A stretch of 20,000 bases of DNA from Neophaeotheca triangularis (Eukaryota), in assembly GCA_054600435.1 (NCBI GenBank), contig BAAIJX010000081.1, positions 45,069-65,068 of the forward strand, written 5' to 3'. Of the stretch, positions 1 to 9,284 are shown one piece after another. Made by a program: the position numbers and the translations under genes. The notes under the pieces are model-generated. The model was given only the letters and a program-made list of their open reading frames with translations. It ran no database searches and was not told where the DNA came from. Every line of letters starts with the position of its first letter. Positions within the stretch are counted from its first letter, which is position 1.

Positions 1-159
1 TTGCGGGCGTAGAAGTCTTTTGCTCCCTTGCCTCCCCGAGCTCCTCCCTCTTGTTCACCTTGTCGCCGATTCGAGGTAGACAAGTCACAAAGGGCTCACA
101 ACGTGCTAGCGATGAGGAAGCCGAGCATTCCTGAAGGCTCCGCAGACAACCTGCAGCGA

Positions 160-730
160 CTAGGCTCGACATCTGCTGGAGCTCGCCTCCGATCTCCCGA
201 GTAGCTACAACACCCCGCGAGACCTCGAGAGCTCCCCTAAAAGCGCTAGGGACAGCCCTAACCGCCATCTCGAGGCTATAAAGGCCTAGGGCGACTCCCT
301 CCCCGGCAGCTTAGAGCCCGTCGAGTATCCCGGCGAGTTGGTTAACCCGAGGGAGCGATAGCTGTGCTTAAAAAATTGAAAAACATCTATTAACTAGCCT
401 AATCTTTCTAGTAAGCTAATGACATCTTTGATTGGCCAGTCAAGAATGGCGCTAGCGAAAGTACGTTTTTCGAATTTTTGGGCACGCTCTTTGCTCGTTT
501 CGAAGAAAAGTCGCCGGGATGTTTTGGTGGACGGGAGTGCCGGAGAAGAGAGCGGGAGACCTGGTATGCAGCTCTTTATCTGGATTTTTGGTGGGTTCGG
601 CGAGGTTTGTCGGGTTGTTCTTGTCCCTGGCGACTTTGGAATTAAATGTTCGTTCGCGAAGAAGGGGGTGCGAAGGCGTGCGGCCTGGAGAGTCAGAGAT
701 CGGACGGGGGGGCAGGGTTTCGACAACCTA
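160..730. mobile_element. Possible degenerate (RIP-like mutated) repeat or transposon relic
   Basis: 160-420 is dense in TpA (ctag, cta, tag, taa) and poor in CpA/TpG for its GC content. One + frame reads as protein-like text broken by TAG stops that could be former CAG codons (..CSD*ARHLLELASDLP..EAIKA*GDSLPG..). No transposase motif recognised; boundaries are approximate. Confidence 0.3.
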
Positions 731-1626
731 GGCAGTGCGCCGTTGAGCTACCACCAGCTCTCTGCGACCGAGCCATGATGGCCAAGTCGTCAATGTTGGA
801 AACTCACAAGCCCATCCCCGGCAGTGATTTGCTCAAAACCTCCAAAAAGTCTCCCGGCGAGTTTGTTCAGAGAGCGGCCTACAGCTCCAACAAAAATGCC
901 AAGAACAGCCATCGACTAGCGTGGACTCGTGAGAACCAATGAGAGGAAGCTTCTGGCAGGTGGTCGTCGACGGGACGATATGCCAAACTAATGGCCAATG
1001 TTCATAATAACTCCATCGGGGAGGATGTTTTAGACGGCAGCGGGGGATGCGATACGCACACAGATGGGAATTGCAGGGCATTGTTGGAGAGTCGTCGAAG
1101 AGTCGACACTTCGAAGGAAGTCCTCCGAGCGACAGCCTGTGGGCGACAAGGTGCAAGGGTTGGGAGGCCCGAGGGATAATGGACATCGAGATATCTGAAT
1201 CGGCGGAGTAGCATTGAGGGACCTCGCTCGTCCTGGATCCAAGCTGGGCATGGCCGATCAGTTGTCTGTTCCTGAAGGTCACCGCTGTCGCCGATGTTGG
1301 TCGGAGGAGTTCTGCCTTGTCGGGTCCATATGGCGGCGCAGTGGATTGCTGGATGCCGGAGGGTCGTCAATCTAGAAAAGATATCCCAGGATGAACAGGT
1401 TTCCATGCAGCCATAATGACGAGCGAGAGCTTGGAAGTGAAGGGGGTTTGAAAAGAACGTTTGCAAGTACACAAGATCAACCCTCCAAATTTCGTGGACT
1501 ATCCTCATTTCCCGTACCAGTCGTACGTACATCGAATATCCCGGGTATCCCCATCCCAGTGCAGTGACAACGCCGCCGTAAACCTATCGTGTCCTACTTT
1601 TACTTCCCTCATCTCTGCGCTTTAGC

Positions 1627-2112
1627 CTACAACATGGCGACAGCAGCGACACCGAGCCCAAGCATGCCTCCAGCGTAGTAAGGCGCAGCTGTCGGCATGG
1701 CACCGGACTCATCGTCGTCCACAGCCGCACTAGCAGACTCTACCACATTGACGGCCCCGCCAGTAGCACTGCTGAAGACATTCACAGCGCCGCCCGTGGC
1801 ACTGCTGAAGATGTCCTGCCCGGCAGAAGTGATGGTGCTGTAGACGTTGCCAGCACCGTCGGTAGCGACAGTGAAGACGCTTTCGCCTACAGAGGTGATG
1901 ACTTGACCGGCTCTGTGGGAGGGAAGGTGTCAATTGGTGAAGGAGGTGTGGTGTATGGGAAGAGGGTGCTCTTACTCTCCAGCGACGCTTGTGATGTCCT
2001 CGCCGAGGTCTTCAACTCCACTCACGACGTCCCCAATGGCGTTGGTGACTTCTTGGGCGCTGGTGAGGCCGACTGCCGCGACGGCCAGGAGGAGAGAGCG
2101 GGTGAGCTGCAT
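1627..2112 (-). CDS. Small secreted, probably GPI-anchored, Ser/Thr/Gly/Ala/Val-rich protein with 11-aa repeats (140 aa)
   Basis: Exons 2112-1976 and 1912-1627; intron 1975-1913 (GTAAGA..TTGAC..CAG). Translation: MQLTRSLLLAVAAVGLTSA (signal-peptide-like), QEVTNAIGDVV..., DDDESGAMPTAAPYYAGGMLGLGVAAVAML* (small residues followed by a hydrophobic tail, GPI-signal-like). Not in the ORF track. Confidence 0.88.
1747..1812 (-). repeat. 33-bp coding tandem duplication (IFSSATGGAVN / VFSSATGGAVN)
   Basis: Units 1812-1780 and 1779-1747 differ mainly at synonymous positions. Confidence 0.85.
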
Positions 2113-2405
2113 GGTTGCTGGATGGGAGGGGTGTTTGAGGTGTTTGTTGTCGTTGGTACGCGAGTGGTTGATGAATGTGAGGAGGTGGTAAGTTGAGGTG
2201 GTTGTCGGTGATGTTGGTAGGAAAGGTAAGGGAGAGGTCGGGTGTTCGAGACAAAGGAATGCTGCGACCTACGTCAACTTTGTAGCAAGGCTGATACCTA
2301 CCACCTCCTTGCACCTCCTAATTTAGTAGGGAAGGTTAGGTAGTCAAGCTCCCACCAGTCGTCAGGCCATGACGCAGGCCTTGTGGCGCTTTGGAGGGCT
2401 GGACG

Positions 2406-2469
2406 AGGTTAAGGTTAGGTACCTAGGTTAGGTCAGGTTAGGTTAGGTTAGGTTAGGGAGGTAAGGTAG
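2406..2469 (+). repeat. (TAGGT/TTAGG)n pentamer array, telomere-like
   Basis: 2424-2458 reads TAGGT TAGGT CAGGT TAGGT TAGGT TAGGT TAGGG, flanked by degenerate units and the palindrome TAGGTACCTA (2416-2425). Confidence 0.85.
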
Positions 2470-2608
2470 AGTTTACTTTTATTCTTAGCCCTTCCCTTCT
2501 ACGCCATCATCAGCATCTGAGCCTCAATGCGCCTTGGCGTGAGGCGAAGCCGCGACAGCCAACACGGCCGGTCCCAGGCAACAGCGCATCGTATACGAAT
2601 TTCTTAGG

Positions 2609-2626
2609 TAGGTACTATGCAGGTAC
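2609..2626 (+). promoter_or_regulatory. 18-bp element TAGGTACTATGCAGGTAC upstream of PEX10 (copy 1)
   Basis: Exact copy at 9071-9088. The regulatory role is inferred. Confidence 0.45.
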
Positions 2627-2781
2627 AGTCCGGTGATGTTGGGCAGTTTGGACGTGACCGGCCGCGTGCGCGGAGGAAAGATGTTGTGGTTTCGCAGTCG
2701 ACTGCCGGTGCTTGACTTAAGGTTGGCTCGTTCGGCGTAATGTCGGAAGGTCGGAATGTCGGAAAGAGGCGCCGCTTCCAA

Positions 2782-2787
2782 CCTCGG
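2782..2787 (-). promoter_or_regulatory. CCGAGG (FarA/FarB/CTF1-type fatty-acid response core) upstream of PEX10
   Basis: CCTCGG on +, about 140 bp before the PEX10 ATG. It matches the known core site of fungal Far/CTF1 regulators of peroxisomal genes, but a hexamer can occur by chance. Confidence 0.4.
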
Positions 2788-2928
2788 CCTTGGAGATCCC
2801 GAACTCGGACGGAGAAGCCAAACGTGGAGAGAGCTCCATCAACAACAGCTTCGCGACAGAAGCGCTCCGACCAGCACTAACCCACCGCCTACCACACCCA
2901 TAGCCATAATAGCCATAGGGCAATCAAC

Positions 2929-4152
2929 ATGTCAGACTTCATCCGCGACGGTGGAGCGGGAGAAGACGGCGGTCCCCAAGACCCCACCACCAACTTCTCC
3001 TACCCATGGGCCTCCGCCCCGGACATCATCCGCTCCAACCAAAAAGACGCCTACTTCCAATCGCAACTCCTCACCCACCTATCCTCCGTCATTCGCTCCC
3101 TTTACGGCGCCCGCACCGCCCACAATTGGACAAACGAAGCCCGCACATTCACCGAGCTCCTTTACCTCTCCCTCACAACCTTCGTCGGCAACCGCACCCT
3201 CGGCGAAGAATACTGCGACATTGTCCAAGTCGAAGACGACACGCATCGCTTCCCCTCCATAACCCGCAGAGGCGGCTACATCCTCTCGAGCATCCTGCTC
3301 CCTTACATCCTCACGCGCCTCCTGCCCGCCCTCCGCAAACGCCTGCGCACCAAACTCGAAACCTCCCTGCGCAAAAAACAACAACGCCGCGCCTCCTCCC
3401 CTGCCCCCTCCTCCTCGTCTTCCTCAAAATCCCCTACACCACTTCCCACCTCCCGCTCCCAACAACTCCAAGAATACACCCTCAAGCACCTCGACACCTT
3501 AACCTCCCCCTCCCCGCTCTACGCCCTTTCCCTCGCAACTTTCTACTTCACGGGCGCCTACTACCAACTCAGCAAGCGCCTCACGGGCCTGCGCTACATC
3601 TTCACCCGCAAGTTGGAAGAGAACGAACAACGCGCCGGCTACGAAGTACTAGGCGTACTACTGTGCTTGCAAATGGGAGTGCAAGGCTACCTGCACTTTG
3701 CGGAAACCTGGCGCAGCGTGCGGAGTTCCAACTTACCCGGGAGCGCGGTCGAGATGGCGGGGACGGGAGCGGTGATTGACGGGGGGGTAGAAGTGGGCGC
3801 TGTGCCGAATCGCGGCGACGGCTTCGGGGAGCCTTTACTTTTTGAAGCTTCGCAGGGTCGATCGGACGACAATGCGGCGAGGACGCAGCGGCTGAGCAAA
3901 GTCATGCACACGGATTTGGGAAAGGGAGTGCCTGGGTACGATTTAGAGGAGGAAGGGGTCATGGAGTTTATTTCCGGCAAACAGCAGAGGAAGTGTACGC
4001 TTTGTTTGGAGGCCATGAAGGACCCGGCTGTGACGACTTGCGGGCATGTATTTTGTTGGAGTTGTGTCGGAGATTGGCTGAGGGAGCAGCCCATGTGTCC
4101 GCTTTGCAGACAAGCGGCGCTTGTACAGCATGTTTTGCCGTTGAGGGGGTGA
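2929..4152 (+). CDS. PEX10: Peroxin Pex10, RING-finger E3 ubiquitin ligase (407 aa, intronless)
   Basis: N-terminal Pex2/Pex12-type region (APDIIRSNQKDAYF, TLGEEYCDI, YYQLSKRLTGLRY) and C-terminal C3HC4 RING (CTLC..CGHVFCWSC..CPLCR). Confidence 0.96.
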   Translation: MSDFIRDGGAGEDGGPQDPTTNFSYPWASAPDIIRSNQKDAYFQSQLLTHLSSVIRSLYGARTAHNWTNEARTFTELLYLSLTTFVGNRTLGEEYCDIVQVEDDTHRFPSITRRGGYILSSILLPYILTRLLPALRKRLRTKLETSLRKKQQRRASSPAPSSSSSSKSPTPLPTSRSQQLQEYTLKHLDTLTSPSPLYALSLATFYFTGAYYQLSKRLTGLRYIFTRKLEENEQRAGYEVLGVLLCLQMGVQGYLHFAETWRSVRSSNLPGSAVEMAGTGAVIDGGVEVGAVPNRGDGFGEPLLFEASQGRSDDNAARTQRLSKVMHTDLGKGVPGYDLEEEGVMEFISGKQQRKCTLCLEAMKDPAVTTCGHVFCWSCVGDWLREQPMCPLCRQAALVQHVLPLRG

Positions 4153-4386
4153 GTATGAATCATGACTGAAGGGATTGCGTTGATCGGAAAGCTTGAGTTG
4201 GTCATACGGTTGGGGTGTGGTATTCCTTTTCTTTCGATACCCGGCATTCTCATCAAAGCCCATTAAGCATTATCGTCTATCTCATGCATGCCATCGCCAC
4301 GCAAACGCTGTCCGGCGTACAAATACAAGCAGCCGGGCCATAGGAATCCCCGTTGGGCTCGCTCGCCGCGAATCCTGCCACCCGTT

Positions 4387-4794
4387 TCAAACCATCTTCT
4401 CCTTCTCATCAGCGCCTTCCAGCCTCCCAGGCGCCGTCCCTGCCCTCCGACGCAAGCCCAAAATCCGCTCCCGAATTCCCGCCATAACGGGAATCCTCAT
4501 GCCAAAACATAACCCAACATCATTCGCACTGCCAAATCCACTCTTCCCTCGTCCACGACCGTCATCACTACTACCGGTCAGAACTTCGTAAACCCCGTCC
4601 ACGCTCCTTAAATGTTCAACCAGGCTGTGCGAGCTGTCCCTTAACCGCCTGCGAGCACTACGAGATCGAGAGCGGACGCAGTCCTTCACCCTGCCGACAT
4701 GGCCGTCCAGGCGACTTTCCGGGAAATACTGGCTTCGAGCGTATTCTTCGACATTGTTGGTTGAGGGAGAAGTCGAGGGAAAAGGAAAGAACAT
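4387..4794 (-). other. 135-codon ORF abutting and in frame with the ArfGAP stop (candidate readthrough extension or downstream ORF)
   Basis: Minus strand reads AAG AAG TAG ATG TTC TTT...; open to TGA at 4389-4387. No recognisable domain. Confidence 0.35.
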
Positions 4795-7700
4795 CTACTT
4801 CTTCGCAAAAGCCTCGCTGTCTCCACCACCATTGCTGGCTCCGCCGGCGAAAATGGCCCGGTTGACTTTGAAACCGTTGCCGCTGTTTCGCTTGAGCAAT
4901 TTGTCGCGGTCTTTGCTCCTTGCCGCATCGGGTGTTGCGCCTGTGTTGCTACTGTTGCTGCCGCCGATCGTGGGTAGGACGGTCAGCTGGTCGCCGTTGG
5001 TGTCCTTGGGGCCGGAGACGGCGTTTTTGCCCAGACGCTGCTCGTTCTTGAACTCTATGTACATGCGGGCGGACTCTGAGAGGGGGAAGGGCGCTGGTTG
5101 GGTTGGTATGTCGGCGCCGTTTTGGAGGAGCAGCTCGGCCACTGCAAAAGGTTTTCGGCTAGGAGTTGAGGGTCTCGAGGGTGAGGATGGTGTATTGATT
5201 GGTTTTGAGAGGGTTGCCGTGGAGGAAGAGTGGCTGTGGGAGAAGGCTGAGCCCGGAGAGGCCGGGTCGGCGGCTGCGAGTGCGAGGAAAAGGGCGTGGG
5301 TTGCGCGGGATCGATCGACGGCGTTGGGGTTGGCGCGGATGGCGAGTGCGTGAAGGACGTGCTGGATCTCGTTGCGTTTAATGCCTGTCAACAAGATGTC
5401 GTCCGGTAGCTGAGTTCCGAGGCTTGGCTGTACATATGTACGTTCGCTATATTTGGCGGTGATAAAATGGAGCCTTTGCTCTCGTGTAGAGTGCGGTGAA
5501 GGCTTCAGAAAGCGGTCGAGTTTTGCTTCCCACACCATGTTACTCACACGGTTGCCGATGAGCAGTAATAGCTCCACCATGTCTGCAGTAAAGACAGAGG
5601 TGTCTAGTGTTAGCGACCGCACTTTGGAGATGTGTGTTCCTAGGGAGCGATGTATGCCGCTGCATTCGATGCACAGCATGATGCCTAGATTGATGGAGCA
5701 CCAGTCGACCTTGGACTCGGAACCACAATCAGCGCATGACCGGTTGCCTTCGTCGGCGTTGCGTATTCGCAGCAACAATGCTGACTCTTCGTTGGAATCT
5801 TGTCTGGAAAACGCCGGCTTGTCTCCAGTGGTAGCATGTCGACTGACGACCTTTTGAGCCTCGTATTTACTCGAGTTGGACACTTGACGATGACCCGAGA
5901 AGGACGAACTCTTGCCAGTCAACACCGCGGCAATGTCTTTGCGGGTGGATCCACTCTGCGGCGGAGGCGATGCGCTGCTTGGTGCCCTGGATTCCTTAGC
6001 CTCAAAGGCACTTTGCAGGGCATTGTTGATGGCACCGATCCAGGCTTTCATGTCTTCCTCAGAGGGCGCTTGGTAGACTCGAGTGAAGTGAGGGGTGATG
6101 ACCTCGAAGCAGAAGCGCCGTTCGCTGTTGCGTGCTTCCCGTACTGATGCCATTCGCAGATCAATCGGTTCCATGTGCAAGTCGAGCTTGTCTTTCCAGT
6201 TGACATACTCCGAAAGCTTGCCCTGATCGAGCACTATCCAGAACTTGTGCCATGCCGTCTTGTTGAGACCTTTGGGGTCTACATGGCTGCCCGGCCTGCT
6301 GAGTGCCCAAAGTAGACCTTCCTTGCGGAAGGCTCCACCGTTGGTCGAGGCATTGGTGTCCTCGAGATCCCGTATACCCTTGAATTTCGGATTCGGACTT
6401 GCAGACACCTGATTCGGCACATTGTTGGAGGTGCTGAGCAGGCTTCCAACAGGCGCCGGTACGGGAGTGGTAGCAGTGCCGGGAGGCGAAGTCGACATGC
6501 CGTTGTTCCCACCATAGCTCGGCGCCCGGTTCTGGCCTTCAATGGGTCGAAGTCCATTGCTTTGCGATGAGGTATACCCGAGGCCCGGTGGAACGACTGT
6601 GCCGTCTTCGCTGACCAGCTTGTGGCTCGTCTCCAGCATCCGTCGCTTCTCTTCACGCTCGCTGCGTTGAAGCTGGAAGTCCTTCTCTGCGGCCCTGACC
6701 TCCGCGACCAGCGCTTCGAGTTGGGGCACCATCTCTTCAATCTTCTTCGCAGTGGACAGGTAGCCCTTCGTCTGCTGGTCCGCATACTTGGTCAATTGAG
6801 AAAGCACCTCCTGGTCTTTGCGTCCGCCGTGAAGATCATGCATGAAGCTCGAGTAGTCAAACCTCTTCAGCTCAAAGGTACGCCTCCGGGCCTGATATTT
6901 CTCATCGCTTTGTTGCTGCTTCTTCTCCTTTAGGGACTCGCTTCGCTGACCCAAGTACTTGCTGACGTAGGCGTAGTATTCCTTGCTCTGTTCCTCAAAC
7001 TCCCGCTTTTTGTAGTCGGCCTGCTTGATCTCGATATTGTATAGCTTGCTAATAGGCTCGATGATCAATTTCTGAAGATTCGTCGAGTTTTGCCGTTCGT
7101 ATCGAAGCATCTCCTTGGCAATCTTCTCGAAGTAGTGGTCAAGCGCAGGCTGTACTGCGTTGGCGTTTGAGCTTGAGGCGCCTCTCAGCGCATCGGTGAA
7201 GTCCGCGACCGCACTATTACAAGCAGTTTGAGCTGCCTCGGCTGCTTCGGCAGTACGAAGGACCTTCTTCATTCGTAGGCGCATGTTGCCAGTCTTCTGC
7301 TCGAGCGACTTCATGGTCGCCCGGAAAAGCGGTCCGTCTTCGTTGAGTGATGGGTCTTCCCCGGGTTTGCAGGTAGCCACGTCAACTTTGTTCACATTGC
7401 CAGTGGGACCTGGTGTGGTAGCAGTCATCGTTGGAACTAGGCACAAGCCATTCTCGGGGATAGCCTCGAAGGCAGGCGACTGAGGCTCCTTGAAGTCTTT
7501 GTACGACGAGCCTTCACCTTCGGAATCGCTGACATAGCTGATTCGGGACTCGATCGACTGAGCGGAGGGTACGCGCAAGCGTGGAGGCACCTCCAATCTC
7601 GGTGATCGCGGCGCCAGGAAGCGTTGGGTGTTCTGAGTCCAGAAATTGAATGTCGCCAGAGTGTTCAGCCTGTGAGCTCTTTGGTCGTACTCGACGAAGC

Positions 7701-8391
7701 TGCAGTGGTTGCGCCATCCTCCTCCCTGATCCTCCACTGGCTTCGGCGGCCGCCATTTCCACGCCCAGCTGAACTGCACACTCGGGCTCCCTCCTGTCGT
7801 ATAGTCGCCCACCAGCTGCACGTTGGGGTTCTTGTGCAGATTCGGATCATGCTGAAACTCCCGTACCACCAGGTTCTCCACGTCTTTTGCATTGGAGGCG
7901 AATACGTAGGTCAATCCAGAGAGGGTAGTGTCTATCGGTGTAGGAGCGTTTGGCGCTTCGGTGATGGTTGGAGTAGTGACTTGGGCCTGTTGCCTGACGT
8001 TAAAGGTGAAATTGAACGTCAACTCGTCTTCGTTGGGGAGGCGGAGGAGGAAGGAAGGTGCGGCGCCGCTAGCTAGACTCTCCGGGTCCTGCAGTGGAGG
8101 GTCAGCGTCGTCTTACATGTTACCTCAGCACTGCGCATACCTGGACGTATTCGACGGGGGTGTCATCGGCGGTGTCGCGCTTAGCGACATATCTGGTAGC
8201 GGGGTAGGCGTTTGGTGATATGTGAAGCAGAGTGCGGCTCCTGCTTGTTACGGTGACTCCGGCGATGGAGACTGTGTGAGGGTCATCAGTGCTGCCCGCA
8301 TTCCAGGGAGAGATCGAGGCTGCATACAGCGTGTTTGATCGGGCAAATATAGAGGGCAGCCCTCGTCCTGGCGGCTGCTGACGTTGCCCAT
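4795..8391 (-). CDS. BAR-PH-ArfGAP protein (centaurin-beta/ACAP, Csx2/Age1-like), 1162 aa
   Basis: Exons 8391-8328, 8271-8141 and 8088-4795; introns 8327-8272 (GTATGC..CTGAT..CAG) and 8140-8089 (GTATGC..CTGAC..CAG). Starts MGNVSS. Contains a BAR region (EDGPLFRATMKSLE..), a PH domain (RKEGLLW..WHKFWIVL..RRFCFEVITP) and the ArfGAP Zn finger CADC-x16-CIECSGIHRSLG with the catalytic Arg. Confidence 0.93.
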
Positions 8392-8886
8392 GACAGGTCG
8401 CCAACCTGCGGGGGACTAACGCCTGGGTGAAGTGTTTCTTGCTAGTCTATGTCTTCTGTACAATGCGTGCGCCCAAGCAGGGATGGAGGTTCGTAAAGTA
8501 TCGGATGCTGCCGTCGTGGCCAGACGAGCTGTAGTTACAGGTGTTTTGGGATGTATTATGTATTGGTCGAGCGTTTCTGAAGCAACCCCCGCGTCCCCTA
8601 TGTACTGTAATGGAAGTTAGTTAAATCGACCTGACTCCGCAGGACCCTGTGATGTGATGTGCGCAGGCGGCAGAGGGCGGGCCGACAGCTCTGGCTGTGG
8701 GTGCAATACTGGAATGCGACGAGGGTGGGAGCTGATGTTGTGTCTGTTCTATGGTGGTGTGACAGATGCGCTCGTGAAGCTGCTGTGGGAGGAGAATATG
8801 GTGAGAGAGGAGGAGAGGAGTGTACAGTAAAAGGTCGAGTGGACGACGACGTATGTGGTGGTGGTGGTGGTGCAAGCTGACGAGAC

Positions 8887-8930
8887 GGCTGGTTGGCTCA
8901 GGCTGGCTCAGGCTGGCTGGCTGTGTGGCT
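8887..8930 (+). repeat. Degenerate GGCT/GGCTCAGGCT simple repeat
   Basis: ggctggttggctcaggctggctcaggctggctggctgtgtggct in the ArfGAP/thioesterase divergent intergenic region. Confidence 0.6.
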
Positions 8931-9065
8931 GCGCGCGTAGGTATTAATTAGGCAGGCTTCGCCTCTTCTTCGGCTATAGAGCTTGAAGATGCAGCTTATT
9001 TCCTGGTCGGCTATCGATAGCCGCCTTAGGCATGCATTACTACTAGCTTAGCAGAGTACTGTGCT

Positions 9066-9088
9066 GTACCTAGGTACTATGCAGGTAC
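9066..9088 (+). promoter_or_regulatory. 18-bp element copy 2 (9071-9088), overlapping the 12-bp palindrome GTACCTAGGTAC (9066-9077)
   Basis: Identical to 2609-2626; about 200 bp upstream of the thioesterase ATG. Confidence 0.45.
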
Positions 9089-9122
9089 TACTGTGTACTT
9101 ACTACTCTCGTCCAAGTGAAAG

Positions 9123-9128
9123 CCGAGG
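9123..9128 (+). promoter_or_regulatory. CCGAGG Far/CTF1-type core upstream of the thioesterase
   Basis: Exact hexamer about 157 bp upstream of ATG 9285. Confidence 0.4.
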
Positions 9129-9284
9129 TCGTCGAATCGTTTCGTCCTCCAGGCACGTAGACAACCACAGACATGTAGCCTTCATCACAAGACACCGTCA
9201 ACAAAGTTTCATATCAACCTAGGAAGTCATTGTATTCCATTCGTCGCTAATAGAGTTTGCTGTCCTCCCAGTAGAACAAGAACA

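Noticed and set aside
833..1532. Minus-strand ORFs 1002-1532 (176 aa) and 833-1282 (149 aa)
   Set aside because: No recognisable domain, no codon bias like the real genes, and no convincing splice model.
2756..3779. Alternative-frame ORFs 2756-3262 and 3006-3779 over PEX10
   Set aside because: Pro/Thr/His/Arg-rich shadows of the C-rich codon usage of PEX10.
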